Part shown: positions 39,257 to 50,200 of the stretch, one piece after another | Position numbering within the stretch: the stretch's first letter is position 1 | Layout: the number at the start of each line of letters is the position of its first letter | The notes under the pieces: model-generated | What the model was told of the DNA's origin: nothing | What the model saw: only the letters and a program-made list of their open reading frames with translations | Database searches by the model: none | Position numbers and translations under genes: made by a program | Assembly (NCBI GenBank): GCA_963674735.2 | Contig: CAXXQS010000002.1 | Span: forward strand, 1,024,001-1,088,000 | Direction of reading: 5' to 3' | Origin: Myxococcota bacterium | Lineage (GTDB): Bacteria; Myxococcota_A; SURF-8 | DNA: 64,000 nt

Positions 39257-40648
39257 ATGATCAAAACTCTGGAATTCACCTATGGGGACGGAAAACTCGC
39301 CCTCGACTTCCCCAATGCCTTTTTAGCCGGAGACCTGGTCGAGCCGAAGCCGTCCAGCGAAAAACTCACGGAACGCGAGCTGAAAAAGAAAATCGATGAG
39401 GCGCTGGCGCAGCCGGTGGGACGTCCCCGCCTGCGCGATATGGTGAACGGCAAATCGGTCGCCATCGTGATGTCCGACGAATTTCGCGCCGGACTCCAGC
39501 AGCTCATCATGGACCGCCTGCTGGTCGAAGCCAAGGCGGGAAACCCCACCCGCATTGCCGTATTCGTCGCGACCGGCAGCCACGATCCCAAATACTACGT
39601 CTCGAACATTCGCAAATGGTTCGACGCCAGCTGCAAATTTCACGGCATCGAAGCGGAGATGTTCGCCAACGAATGCGATGCCGAAGACAAAGCCATGCTC
39701 GGCCACACGTCGCTTGGGACGCCGGTCGAACTGATGAAAGAATTGCTTACCTTCGATGTGCGCGCCTACGGGCACGAATCGAAGCACCATTACATGAACG
39801 GCTATTCGGTCATCGACAAGCAGGTTCTGCCCGGCTTCGCCTCGCGCGCCACCATCGCGGGGGCGCATAAGTTCGCCCTGGATGCCGACCATTCCGCCGC
39901 AGGGCGCATTCCCTGGCATGCCGACCCGGAGCGTCGCACCAATCCCTTTGCCCAGGGCGCCGTCGATGGCCGCAAACTCTCCGAAGCCAAGCGCTGGCGC
40001 GACGGCCAGGTGGTGGACGATCCCATCGAGACCTTCGCGTTGGAGATGATCTCCACCAAAACCTCCATCGACTGGATCTTCGCCGGGGATCCCGACGAGG
40101 CCTGCCGCCGCATGACCGCCGCCGCCGATGAGCTGGCCGCCCATACCCTGCCGCGCACGAAATATGTCGTCATCTCCCCCGGTGGCCCACCCGCCTGCAA
40201 CGCCCTTTACGGCGTGCAGAACTGTTTCGATATGGCCCTCAAGTTCGCCATCGAAACCGGCGGTGAGGCCTTGGTGCTGGCGCCGTGTCTGGGACGTCCC
40301 GATCTGCCCGACGAAGTGAAAGGTTTGGCCCCGGATCTGAAAAGCAAGAAGCTTTTCTGGGATAATCTGTGCCGGTATCTCAAGATGCCGATCGACGAGG
40401 CGCTCAAGGATATCGACGATAACTTCGAGCTTTATCTCTGGAAAACCGACCGCGTGTTGAAACTTCTGCGCGTGGCCAACATCAACCTGCATCTGCATTC
40501 GGCCCTGCCGCCCGAACTGGTACGCAACGGCTGCATCGAACCCTGCGAAAACCCGCAAGCCTGGATCGACGAACGCGCCAATCGCGGCGACGGTCAGGTT
40601 CGGGCCATCGATGAGGGCAACAAACTGCTGGTTATCGCCGACGATTAA
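39257..40648 (+). CDS. LarA (lactate racemase) superfamily protein
   Basis: ALAQPVG...L, ATGSH, GHTSLGTPV, HYMNGYS, GGEALVLAPC; AGGAGG RBS. Confidence 0.75.
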   Translation: MIKTLEFTYGDGKLALDFPNAFLAGDLVEPKPSSEKLTERELKKKIDEALAQPVGRPRLRDMVNGKSVAIVMSDEFRAGLQQLIMDRLLVEAKAGNPTRIAVFVATGSHDPKYYVSNIRKWFDASCKFHGIEAEMFANECDAEDKAMLGHTSLGTPVELMKELLTFDVRAYGHESKHHYMNGYSVIDKQVLPGFASRATIAGAHKFALDADHSAAGRIPWHADPERRTNPFAQGAVDGRKLSEAKRWRDGQVVDDPIETFALEMISTKTSIDWIFAGDPDEACRRMTAAADELAAHTLPRTKYVVISPGGPPACNALYGVQNCFDMALKFAIETGGEALVLAPCLGRPDLPDEVKGLAPDLKSKKLFWDNLCRYLKMPIDEALKDIDDNFELYLWKTDRVLKLLRVANINLHLHSALPPELVRNGCIEPCENPQAWIDERANRGDGQVRAIDEGNKLLVIADD

Positions 40649-40675
40649 CCGTCACGATCCTTTCTCGTTTTTCCG

Positions 40676-40703
40676 TGCGGGGCTTCTGGCCCCGCATTTT
40701 TTT
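40676..40703 (+). terminator. Intrinsic terminator
   Basis: TGCGGGGC-TTCTG-GCCCCGCA followed by T7. Confidence 0.8.
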
Positions 40704-40902
40704 GCGGATTGCGCGCTATCCAAAGCTTCGCACTCGCCAAGGCAAATAGGCACACAAACCCTGCAAATTCAGGTATTTATGGGAATATTCACCGCCTCCC
40801 AGCCTTCTTTACAGGTGCACGGGAACGGAAAGACTTTCATGGGTTGAAAACAGGTTTTGGGTCGCGCAAGCGGCCCAATTTCTTTTGGAATGCGAGGATA
40901 CC

Positions 40903-41217
40903 ATGGGACGACGTATCGTTCACGAATGCGACCTTTGCCACCACGCGATCGAAGACCCGTACCCCGATCTGATTCCGGGTAGCCAGGATCTCAAACGGTT
41001 ACTCGCACAACCGTCGATCGACTTGATCTGTCACGACTGCGTCTCGCGGGCTCGCGGCATTTTACAGGCCTTGGCCAGCGAGCCGGTGGAGCTGTCCTTG
41101 ACGCACGCATTGAGTCACTGGATCAAAGGACGCCGGGCGGCATCGAATACGCATCAAACACGGCGAGGCTGGCACACCAAATGGTCCTCTCACGCGGCGG
41201 ATGGACTGGCTAAGTAG
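40903..41217 (+). CDS. Small hypothetical protein with two CxxC motifs
   Basis: ECDLC...ICHDC; GAGGA RBS. Confidence 0.55.
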   Translation: MGRRIVHECDLCHHAIEDPYPDLIPGSQDLKRLLAQPSIDLICHDCVSRARGILQALASEPVELSLTHALSHWIKGRRAASNTHQTRRGWHTKWSSHAADGLAK

Positions 41218-41309
41218 CGGGAGGGTCATCCGCAACCGCTCTTCAGACTTGTAATTTCACGCACTTCATGTCATGCTGAAGGCCACTAATCGACTCAAAG
41301 GGGAGCGCG

Positions 41310-41828
41310 ATGAAGGCGTATTGTATCCTGTTTGCCGTGGGGAAAGACAGGCCCGGGATCGTAAGCGATGTCTCGGGCTATTTGTTCGATAACGGGGCCA
41401 ATATCGTCGACAGCCGCATGGCGGTGATGGGCGGTCGCTTTGCCCTGACCACCCTGTTTTCCTGCGACGAACTCCACCTGGACGATATCAAGAGCCAAGT
41501 CACCGATCTCAACGCATTGGGACTCAGCGCCTCGTTCCACGATGCCGAAGCGCCCTCATCCGAAAAGGCGGCCGCCGAGCGGCTGGACCTGACCATCCAG
41601 GCCATGGACCACGCGGGGATCGTCAACCGGGTGGTGCGCCTTTTGCACAGCTACGACGTCAATATCGAGTCGCTGGACACCCAGGTTTCCCATGCGCCGT
41701 TTTCCGGCGATGCCCTTTTCAATATGCATCTGAAAGCCAGCATGCCCCCTGCGGTATCAGCCCGGGATCTCATCCACGAACTCAAAGATCTGGCCGAAGC
41801 CGAAGACCTCGACATGCTCTTCGGGTGA
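41310..41828 (+). CDS. Double ACT-domain protein (GcvR-like)
   Basis: GKDRPGIV..NIVDSRM and DHAGIV..VNIESL. Confidence 0.85.
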   Translation: MKAYCILFAVGKDRPGIVSDVSGYLFDNGANIVDSRMAVMGGRFALTTLFSCDELHLDDIKSQVTDLNALGLSASFHDAEAPSSEKAAAERLDLTIQAMDHAGIVNRVVRLLHSYDVNIESLDTQVSHAPFSGDALFNMHLKASMPPAVSARDLIHELKDLAEAEDLDMLFG

Positions 41829-41955
41829 GAAACACATCGTTGAAGCCGCCGGGAGCCCGTCGCAGACGCGCGCCAGCGAGGGGAATCGTTCTACAATCGT
41901 TTCGTTATTACACCCCCCGCTCAGCCTGAGTGATTTCGCGAAGCGAAATTTTATC

Positions 41956-42700
41956 GAAGGCTCCCTCGATACACCGTTTTCCAAACGGCTACTCGGGATA
42001 AGCGAGTTATCATTCATTTATTGGCCAAGGTTGCGCCATCCCCGAACGATGGGCAACAAGTTGCCCCTCCTACTATTCTTGAGAAAGTTTGCGTGATCGC
42101 CCCTCTTCCACCCCGTGTTCGCCGACGGGTCCGGGCGGCGGAGAGAGCGCGAGGACTGTCCGAGCCGGACGGCGTCCGGCGAGTTCCGCAGCGCCCGCCG
42201 CTTGGGCGCGGGGACGTTGGAAAACGGCCGAGGCGAACCCCGGGCGTCCTTTCTTTCGGTTCCCTTTCTTTGGACGCGCAAAGAAAGGGGACAAAAAAAC
42301 GATAAGCCGCACTAGCGCAAAGCCGGGAGCCCGTCGGGAGATGCGCGCCAGCTGGCGGAAGGCTCCCTCGATACACCGTTTTCCAAACGGCTACTCGGGA
42401 TAAGCGAGTTATCATTCATTTATTGGCCAAGGTTGCGCCATCCCCGAACGATGGGCAACAAGTTGCCCCTCCTACTATTCTTGAGAAAGTTTGCGTGATC
42501 GCCCCTCTTCCACCCCGTGTTCGCCGACGGGTCCGGGCGGCGGAGAGAGCGCGAGGACTGTCCGAGCCGGACGGCGTCCGGCGAGTTCCGCAGCGCCCGC
42601 CGCTTGGGCGCGGGGACGTTGGAAAACGGCCGAGGCGAACCCCGGGCGTCCTTTCTTTCGGTTCCCTTTCTTTGGACGCGCAAAGAAAGGGGACAAAAAA
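41956..42700. repeat. Tandem duplication (period 402 bp, about 340 bp identical) of stacked palindromic repeats
   Basis: GGCTCCCTCGATAC at 41959 and 42361; identity extends to GGGGACAAAAAA; duplicated shadow ORFs in the track. Confidence 0.95.
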
Positions 42701-42802
42701 GGCGATGAGCGACACGCACGCAAAGCTGGGAGCCCGTTACAGACACGCTCCGACCTGCAAAAAGTGATAATTGCCGATTTATTTTCGAAGATTGGCGTAA
42801 AT

Positions 42803-45382
42803 CTACATCCGCCGGTATGGGTCGGGCAGGTCGAGCACCAGGCGAAAACCGATGTTGGGTTTGACGCGCTCGCGTCCCATACCCATCCGGCCCGCCACGC
42901 GACACAAGGGTTCGGGATCGAGCCACGAACCGCCTTTGGTCAGCTTTTCGTGGGCCTGCGGGTTGAACCAATCGGCGCACCACTCACGCACGCTGCCCGC
43001 CATGCCGAAAACACCGAAAGGACTGCGATCGCGCGGCATGCTGTGAGTGGGCAGCAGATGGCAGCGCCGTAACGAGTCGCGCATGTGACACAGCTCCGGT
43101 TCGAAGCCGTTCCCCCACGGAAACACGCGCCCATCCGCCCCACGTGCCGCTTTCTCCCACTGCTCATCGGTGGGCAGGGTATACTCTTGACCGGTCGTCC
43201 AGCTCAACCAGGCGGCGTAGGCCATGGCATCGTCCCAGCTGATTCCGAAGACCGGCCAGCCGGGGTCGGCTCTCCCACTGTCGCCGTATTGCCCGAAATA
43301 ATAGCCGTGGTCGGGGCGCATGCGCGGAGCTTTCGGCGGGCGGTTCTCGAACTGGAAACCGCTACGGCGCGATTCCCGCAGAAAAATCAAGTACTCCCCC
43401 AGAGTAACCGGCTGGCGCGCGATCAGATAGCCGTCCAGATCGGGGGCGCGGCTCTTTTCGTAGCCCACCGCGCCTTCGTCCCCGCCTTTCATAAAGGGAC
43501 CGGGAGGAATGTAGGCAAATCGCGGATCGAACGTCCCCTGCGCGATCATGGGCAGTTTCAATTCCAAATGTTCGCCGATTTCCAGCAAAACCGGATAATG
43601 GATATCCGGATAGCCATCCAGGCTAAGCATCAGATGCCAAGATCCGCGTTTGAGCGTGAGACCCTGAAGCGGTGTTTTTCCAAGTACTTGCAGATTATCC
43701 GCCAAAAGCAGGCCGTCCCGCTCCACCACCGTCGCAGCGGTTACCTGGGCACCCTCGGGCCAGCTTTGGATATCGAGGGTTGCCTCGCCATCGAGAATAT
43801 CCGAATAGCGCTGCGGGTCGTTGAGCTCCACCCGATGGCGGTTGTAAAGCATTTCCTTTTTGTTGCGGGTTTGAGCGGCGTCCTGATAGCGGGCATGGTA
43901 CAAATTCGCCAGCCAGCGCCGCGCCTCGACCTGAACGGGATCGAGTTGCAAGGCCTCGTTAAGACCCTTGATCGCGTCGGAAAACGTGCAATCGGCCGAC
44001 ACCTGCCCGGCGAGCACGATTTCCTCTTTGTCCCACAACAGGGTTTCACTGCGCTCCAGCGCCGCCGTCAATTCACCGCGCAGATCGTCCACGCGGGCCT
44101 TCTGCTCCATGTAACGGCGGGCCAGCAGAACCGCTTCGTCGGTCAAGGCCGCCGCTTTACGCCGTAACATGCGACGCTCGCGCGTACCTTCAAGATAGGC
44201 TTCCACTTCTTCGAACACCTGGCGGGCCGTCGTTTGTCGCTGACCGGGGCTTTTCGCCAACGCCTTCAAGCAGACCCGCTCGATTTCCTCGGGAACCTTG
44301 CGCCCGGAAACGCGTAAGGAAGGCGCCACCACCGGGTCGTTCTTGACGTGTTCGAGAATCTCTTCCGGCGTGCGACCGCTCTGCGGCGGAGAAAGGGTGA
44401 GGATTTCATACAAGATGGCTCCCAACCCGTAGATGTCGGTGCGTGCATCCCAATCCTCCGTACGTCCTTCGGCCTGCTCGGGAGCCATATAGGCGGGAGT
44501 CCCGGATACTTCCATCAAGGAGGTGGCCAAACGTCGCTCGGGATGCTCTTCGTCGAAGCGATGCGCCAAGCCCCAGTCGGTGACCAGCGTTTCGCCATAT
44601 TCGCCGATCATGATGTTATCGGGTTTCAAATCGCGGTGCAGAATGCCGAAGCCATGGGCGTATTCCACAGCCAGGCAAATTTGTTGGAAAATGGTCAGCA
44701 GACGCACAAAACCGAAACGTTCGGCCAAAGCCTCATCCCCGGTTGCCAAAGCGTTGAACACGTCCTTTAACGAACGGCCCCGCACCTGCCGCATGGAAAA
44801 GAACGCTTCGCCGCTGGGCAGGCGACCGGCATCGTAAGTGGGAACGATATTGGGATGTTCGAGTAAAGCCGCCGCATGGGCTTCCCGTTCGAAACGCCGC
44901 TCGGTGGCGGGGTCGGCCCCTGTTCCGGCCTTGAGTAGCTTGAGGGCGACGCGTCGATTCAGCAAACGATCGAACGCTTTCACCACCCGACCGGACCCGC
45001 CCGCCCCCAGTTCGCCTTCGATTCGATAGCGATCGGCGGCAAGTTCGGGCGACAGGGGAGCCCGCATCGATTCCGGAACCGAAGAAGTCTTTGTATATTG
45101 AGGAATACCGGGGTCTTGCAACGCGTCGCCCAGCGCCGTGAACAGCGTCTCACCGTCCGTCCCCATCTTGCCGGGTTGGAGCCGCACTTCGGCAAGCAAC
45201 ACCGCCGCCTGCTCGGCATCGAGCAGGTCCATTTCGACCAGACAAGCGGCCAGATCGGTCCCGCCTCTTTCACCCAAGCTGCGCCAGGCGTCCAGAAGGT
45301 CATCCAACCCCAGGATGCCGCGTTCAAGAAGCAGGCGCGACAGCTTGCGCGCCCATCGAATGTCCCCACCATGGCCCGTCAT
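42803..45382 (-). CDS. Ser/Thr protein kinase fused to an FGE-sulfatase (SUMF1) domain
   Basis: GAGGSG, VALK, HRDLKPDN, DWG, GTPAYMAPE; C-terminal QWEKAARG, FPWG, MAGSVREW, KGGSW, IGFRL. Confidence 0.9.
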   Translation of the reverse strand: MTGHGGDIRWARKLSRLLLERGILGLDDLLDAWRSLGERGGTDLAACLVEMDLLDAEQAAVLLAEVRLQPGKMGTDGETLFTALGDALQDPGIPQYTKTSSVPESMRAPLSPELAADRYRIEGELGAGGSGRVVKAFDRLLNRRVALKLLKAGTGADPATERRFEREAHAAALLEHPNIVPTYDAGRLPSGEAFFSMRQVRGRSLKDVFNALATGDEALAERFGFVRLLTIFQQICLAVEYAHGFGILHRDLKPDNIMIGEYGETLVTDWGLAHRFDEEHPERRLATSLMEVSGTPAYMAPEQAEGRTEDWDARTDIYGLGAILYEILTLSPPQSGRTPEEILEHVKNDPVVAPSLRVSGRKVPEEIERVCLKALAKSPGQRQTTARQVFEEVEAYLEGTRERRMLRRKAAALTDEAVLLARRYMEQKARVDDLRGELTAALERSETLLWDKEEIVLAGQVSADCTFSDAIKGLNEALQLDPVQVEARRWLANLYHARYQDAAQTRNKKEMLYNRHRVELNDPQRYSDILDGEATLDIQSWPEGAQVTAATVVERDGLLLADNLQVLGKTPLQGLTLKRGSWHLMLSLDGYPDIHYPVLLEIGEHLELKLPMIAQGTFDPRFAYIPPGPFMKGGDEGAVGYEKSRAPDLDGYLIARQPVTLGEYLIFLRESRRSGFQFENRPPKAPRMRPDHGYYFGQYGDSGRADPGWPVFGISWDDAMAYAAWLSWTTGQEYTLPTDEQWEKAARGADGRVFPWGNGFEPELCHMRDSLRRCHLLPTHSMPRDRSPFGVFGMAGSVREWCADWFNPQAHEKLTKGGSWLDPEPLCRVAGRMGMGRERVKPNIGFRLVLDLPDPYRRM

Positions 45383-45548
45383 CGATTCTCCTTCTGATGG
45401 TTTCATGCTACACCGGGAAGCGACCGGGTGCAAGGCATGGCTCACACTTCCTGAAAAAGATCCGCTCCCGCGTCCTTGACCGCACCGGGAGCGACTGCTA
45501 CACTGCCGCGCGGAGTTGTACGGTACCTGTATTGAAAGGACACAAATC

Positions 45549-46814
45549 ATGAAAATCGCGATAATCGGAGGCGGTTCGACGTATAGTCCCGAATTGATCG
45601 AAGGCCTGATTCAGCGTGGCCAGGAAATCGACTTGTCCGAAGTCGTGCTGATGGATGTCGACGCCGAACGGCTGGAGGTCGTGGGAGGCTTCGCGAAGCG
45701 CATGGTGGAGCACGCCAAGGCGGCTTTTACCCTCCGCCACACGACCGATCGCAGCGACGCCATCGAGGGCGCGGATTTCGTCTTGACCCAAATTCGTGTG
45801 GGCCAGATGCCGGCGCGTCACAAAGACATCCTGCTCGGTCTGCGCCACGGCCTGATCGGCCAGGAAACCACCGGCGTCGGGGGTTTCGCCAAGGCGTTGC
45901 GCACGATTCCCGCCATGGTGGACATCGCCAACGATGTCAAGACGCGTGCGCCCGAAGCCTGGATCATCAATTTCACCAATCCCTCGGGGCTCATTACCGA
46001 AGCGCTTCATCGCGCCGGTATCTCGCGTTCCATCGGACTGTGCAACATTCCCATCGGCATGCTGATGGATCTGTCCCTGCACCTGGAATGCAGCCCCGAC
46101 CGCATCAAGATCGACTACGTGGGCCTCAACCACCTTTCCTGGGTGCGCAAGGTGTTTCTCGACGGCGAAGACATCAGTGCGCGCCTGATCGGCGAACTGG
46201 CCGGTCATGGCGGCCCGGCCAACATTCCGGAACTGGACTACGGGCCCGACTTCGTGCGCGCCCTGGGCTTCATGCCCGGTCCTTACCTGCGCTATTTCTA
46301 CGCCACCGACGAGATGTTCGACCGCATCAAAAACAAGCCCCAAACCCGCGCCGAAGAGGTGATGGAGGTCGAAAAAGCGCTCTTGGCGAAATATGCCGAC
46401 GAGTCGGTGGTCACCAAGCCGCCCGAACTGGAAAAACGCGGCGGGGCCTTCTACAGCACCATCGCCGTGGACCTGATCGATGCCATCTACAACGACCGCC
46501 GCAAGGAACACATCGTCAACGTCCCCAGCCGAGGCGCCGTTTCCGGTATCGGCGACGACCAGACGGTCGAAATCGCGGCGCTGATCGGCAAAGACGGCGC
46601 CGAGGTCTTGCCGGTCGACCCGGTGGAGCCGAAAATTCTCGGCCTGATGCAGCAGGTCAAGGCCTACGAAACCCTGGCCGCCGAAGCGGGCCTGGAAAAA
46701 AGCTACGACAAAGCCCTGATGGCCCTGGTGGCCCATCCGCTGTGTCCGGCGGAGAAAGCCAAGGCCGTGCTCGATGACATCATCGAGACACACGGAGTCG
46801 AGCTGCATAAATAA
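45549..46814 (+). CDS. Family 4 glycoside hydrolase (6-phospho-beta-glucosidase-like)
   Basis: KIAIIGGGSTY, GQETTGVGG, NFTNP, GLCN, GLNH, RGGAFYS. Confidence 0.9.
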   Translation: MKIAIIGGGSTYSPELIEGLIQRGQEIDLSEVVLMDVDAERLEVVGGFAKRMVEHAKAAFTLRHTTDRSDAIEGADFVLTQIRVGQMPARHKDILLGLRHGLIGQETTGVGGFAKALRTIPAMVDIANDVKTRAPEAWIINFTNPSGLITEALHRAGISRSIGLCNIPIGMLMDLSLHLECSPDRIKIDYVGLNHLSWVRKVFLDGEDISARLIGELAGHGGPANIPELDYGPDFVRALGFMPGPYLRYFYATDEMFDRIKNKPQTRAEEVMEVEKALLAKYADESVVTKPPELEKRGGAFYSTIAVDLIDAIYNDRRKEHIVNVPSRGAVSGIGDDQTVEIAALIGKDGAEVLPVDPVEPKILGLMQQVKAYETLAAEAGLEKSYDKALMALVAHPLCPAEKAKAVLDDIIETHGVELHK

Positions 46815-46865
46815 CGCGTTCACGGGCCACCCCAAGGCGGGAACGTCCGCGCAAGGTAAACCGGC

Positions 46866-48869
46866 ATGGCCAATGAAACCTTCAAGCTGACCTCGCGCTA
46901 CCGACCGACCGGCGATCAGCCGCAGGCTATCGATGCGCTGACCGAAGGCATCGAGCGCGGCGACAAACACCAGGTGCTGTTGGGCGTGACCGGCTCGGGC
47001 AAAACCTTCACCATGGCCAACGTCATTGCCCGCCTCAACCGTCCGGCGCTTGTTCTGGCTCACAACAAAACGCTCGCGGGCCAGCTCTATGCCGAATTCA
47101 AAGAGCTGTTCCCTGAAAACGCGGTGGAGTACTTCGTCAGTTATTACGATTACTACCAGCCCGAAGCCTACCTTCCCAGCTCGGATACCCACATCGACAA
47201 AGAAGCCACCATCAACGACGAGATCGACAAAATGCGCCTGTCGGCCACCCGCTCGTTGTTGGAACGCAACGACGTGGTGATCGTCTCGTCGGTCTCCTGC
47301 ATCTACGGCTTGGGTTCCCCCGATGCCTTTGAAGGTCTGGTTGTCTTTTTAAACGAGGGGCAGGAGGTTTCCCGCGATGCGGTCATCCGCCAACTGGTGG
47401 AGATCCAGTACGAGCGCCACGACATGGATTTCCATCGCGGCACCTTTCGCGTGCGCGGCGACCGGCTGGATATCTTTCCGGCCTACGAAAACGAACGGGC
47501 CATCCGCGTCGAGTTCTGGGGAGACGAAGTGGCGGAGATCAGCGAAATCGAGCCCCTGCGCGGAACGACCCTGCGCAAACTGATCAAATGCGCCATCTAT
47601 CCGGCCAGCCACTATGTCACCACCCTGCAGCGCCGCCAGAACGCCATCCGCGCCATCCGCGACGAACTGCGCGAGACGATTCCGTTTTTCCGCAAACAGG
47701 AAAAATTAATCGAGGCCCAGCGCATCGAACAGCGCACCCAGTTCGACCTCGAAATGCTGCAGCAAATGGGCTATTGCAACGGCATCGAAAATTACTCGCG
47801 CCACCTCACCGGACGCGGGCCCGGCGATCCGCCCCCCACCCTGCTGGATTTCTTTCCCGAACCCTGGCTGCTGTTCGTGGATGAATCGCACGTGAGCATT
47901 CCGCAGGTGGGCGGCATGTATCGCGGCGACCGTTCGCGCAAGCAAAACCTGGTGGACTTCGGTTTCCGTCTGCCTTCGGCGCTCGACAATCGTCCGCTGA
48001 AATTCGAGGAGTTCGAGGCGCGCCTCAACCAGGTCGTCTATGTATCGGCCACCCCGGCCAACTACGAGTTGGAGAAAACCGAGGGCGTCTTCATCGAACA
48101 GGTCATCCGCCCCACCGGCCTGGTCGATCCGACATTGGAAATCCGCCCGGCCGGGCAGCAGGTGGACGACTTGCTGGAGGAAATCCGCCTGCGGGTGGAA
48201 CGCAAGGAGCGCGTGTTGGTCACCACGCTGACCAAGCGCATGGCCGAGGAATTGACCGACTACTACACCGACCTGAAGGTGCGCGTGAAGTATCTTCACT
48301 CCGACATCGACACCTTGGATCGCATGAAGATCATTCGCGATCTGCGGCTCGGCAAGTTTGACGTGCTGGTCGGCATCAACTTGCTGCGTGAAGGCCTCGA
48401 CATTCCCGAAGTGTCGCTGGTGGCCATTCTCGATGCCGACAAGGAAGGCTTTTTGCGTTCCGAGCGGTCGCTGATTCAGACCATCGGGCGGGCGGCGCGC
48501 CATGTAAGCGGAACGGCCATCCTATACGCCGACCGGATCACCGATTCGATGAAGCGCGCCATCGACGAAACCGACCGCCGCCGCAAAAAGCAGCTTGCGT
48601 ACAATCAGGCGCACGGCATCACGCCGCGCTCGATCGTCAAGGCGGTGTCGGAGGGCGGCATCTACGCCGAGGGCGATTACACCGTGGATCGGCGCTTGCC
48701 TAAAAATGTGGCCGCCAAAGAGATGGGGCCCGAAGAACGGCGTCAGAAGATCAAGAAACTCGAAAAAGACATGCTGCGCGCCGCCGAACGGCTGGACTTC
48801 GAAAAAGCCGCCGCCTTGCGCGATCAGCTTCTGGAACTCAAAAAACGCGACCTGCTGCCGGAGCGCTGA
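46866..48869 (+). CDS. uvrB: Excinuclease ABC subunit B
   Basis: [40 protein letters not shown]. Confidence 0.97.
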   Translation: MANETFKLTSRYRPTGDQPQAIDALTEGIERGDKHQVLLGVTGSGKTFTMANVIARLNRPALVLAHNKTLAGQLYAEFKELFPENAVEYFVSYYDYYQPEAYLPSSDTHIDKEATINDEIDKMRLSATRSLLERNDVVIVSSVSCIYGLGSPDAFEGLVVFLNEGQEVSRDAVIRQLVEIQYERHDMDFHRGTFRVRGDRLDIFPAYENERAIRVEFWGDEVAEISEIEPLRGTTLRKLIKCAIYPASHYVTTLQRRQNAIRAIRDELRETIPFFRKQEKLIEAQRIEQRTQFDLEMLQQMGYCNGIENYSRHLTGRGPGDPPPTLLDFFPEPWLLFVDESHVSIPQVGGMYRGDRSRKQNLVDFGFRLPSALDNRPLKFEEFEARLNQVVYVSATPANYELEKTEGVFIEQVIRPTGLVDPTLEIRPAGQQVDDLLEEIRLRVERKERVLVTTLTKRMAEELTDYYTDLKVRVKYLHSDIDTLDRMKIIRDLRLGKFDVLVGINLLREGLDIPEVSLVAILDADKEGFLRSERSLIQTIGRAARHVSGTAILYADRITDSMKRAIDETDRRRKKQLAYNQAHGITPRSIVKAVSEGGIYAEGDYTVDRRLPKNVAAKEMGPEERRQKIKKLEKDMLRAAERLDFEKAAALRDQLLELKKRDLLPER

Positions 48870-49058
48870 GGCGGCATCTCCGGCTCACACCATCCCGTTC
48901 CATTCCTTGATTTGTTGGCAGATTTCAGGTGAGTCGAAGTAATTTCTCAGCCGGCATTATTTCATATCAAACGGATGCCATCGTCTCACAAACCACGTTC
49001 GGGAGGCTGTGTAAACTCTTTGATACACACAGTCAGCCAGTAGCGACTGTTATCGGTG

Positions 49059-49994
49059 TCAAGCGAAATTCGGGTTCCAGGCTTCGTTTTTCCGCATCAT
49101 CGTGTTGAGAATGAGGACCAATTTTCGCATGCAGGCCACCACCGCCGTCATCTTCGGTTTGCCGCGTCCGACCAGCCGCTGGTAGTGTCCGCGAATCACC
49201 GGGTTGTGTTGAATCGCCACCAGCGTCGGCATGTAGAGCGCCGTGCGCAGGCGATGACGACCGCCGCCGGTCATGCGTTTACCCCGAAACGTTCCGCTGT
49301 CCCGATTCATGGGCGCCACGCCGATCAACGCCGCGATCTGCCGCCGGTTGTAGATCCCCAGCTCCGGCAGATCCGTCACCAGAAGATTCGCCGTGCACGC
49401 GCCGACGCCCGGCATCGTTTGGAGCCGCGCGGCCCGGTCGCTGCGCTCCCGATCCGATGCAATGGCCGCCGCGATGGCCCGATCCAGCCGCTCGATTTCC
49501 CGTTCGATCACCTCCAGAATGCGGTGCAGGCTTTGTCCGATCGTCCGATCGCCCACGTGTTCGGTGCGGTTTTTCTCCATCGTGCGCATGGCGACCAGCT
49601 GCCGCCTCCGTGAAGACAGGGCTTTTAACAGGAGGGCGGTTTCGCCGAGCGTTTCGTTCGGTGCGGGACGCATGGCGGCTGCGTAGCGTGCGATGATGCC
49701 CGCATCGAGTCGATCCGTTTTCGCCATCACGCCGACGGCGCGGGCATAATCCCGGATGCGCCGGGGATTGACCACCGCCACCGGCCAACCCGCTTTCTGA
49801 AGACGTTTGCACAGCTCCCGTTCGTAGCCGCCGGTGGCTTCCATCACGACGCCCTCCACCTCGATCCGCTTCAACGAACGGACGAAGCGTGTCATGCCGG
49901 CTTTGGTGTAAGCGTAGCGGACGCACGTGCTTTCGCCGTCGACGGCGACATCGAAAACGGCTTTGCTGACGTCGATCCCGATCCATTTCTTCAT
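49059..49994 (-). CDS. IS110 family DEDD transposase/recombinase
   Basis: GIDVSK, MEATG, KTDRLDA (DEDD); PGVG, G.AP..RDSG (catalytic Ser region), KMTAVVACMRKL. Confidence 0.95.
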   Translation of the reverse strand: MKKWIGIDVSKAVFDVAVDGESTCVRYAYTKAGMTRFVRSLKRIEVEGVVMEATGGYERELCKRLQKAGWPVAVVNPRRIRDYARAVGVMAKTDRLDAGIIARYAAAMRPAPNETLGETALLLKALSSRRRQLVAMRTMEKNRTEHVGDRTIGQSLHRILEVIEREIERLDRAIAAAIASDRERSDRAARLQTMPGVGACTANLLVTDLPELGIYNRRQIAALIGVAPMNRDSGTFRGKRMTGGGRHRLRTALYMPTLVAIQHNPVIRGHYQRLVGRGKPKMTAVVACMRKLVLILNTMMRKNEAWNPNFA

Positions 49995-49997
49995 GGC

Positions 49998-50200
49998 GCA
50001 CCCTTCCTTGCCAATACGGGCTCATTTCGATTACAATGGCCCCTGCGACTGTTCGGGTTTTCCCGGACGAAACGGACGGCGGATCCGGCTACAAAACGGG
50101 CTCATCAGGCCCCAGGATGGGACGATCTCGCCGCCCACCACGGCCTCCCGCTTGCTACGGGAGGTCGTTTCATCTTATCATCACAAACGATGACAGTCGC
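49998..50200 (-). ncRNA. Putative IS110 bridge RNA (5' hairpin, target-binding loop, donor-binding loop)
   Basis: Minus strand: CCTCCCG/CGGGAGG hairpin; CCCATCCT and GTAG match target GCCCATC-CT-AC; AACAGTCGC and CAAG match donor AACAGTCG-CT-TG; ends approximate. Confidence 0.8.

Noticed and set aside
41845-42760. Possible CRISPR array
   Set aside because: Units are long duplicates rather than short repeats with unique spacers, and there are no cas genes
42014-42983. Duplicated small ORFs in the 402-bp repeats
   Set aside because: They arise from palindromic repeat DNA; no RBS or protein-like composition
42803-43500. FGE-sulfatase C-terminus as a diversity-generating retroelement target
   Set aside because: No reverse transcriptase and no template repeat of this 3' end seen in the window
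49004-49034. GGCTGTGT...ACACAGTC inverted repeat next to the IS110 as an IS end
   Set aside because: Lies outside the core-defined boundary; could be a hairpin or unrelated remnant, too short to support
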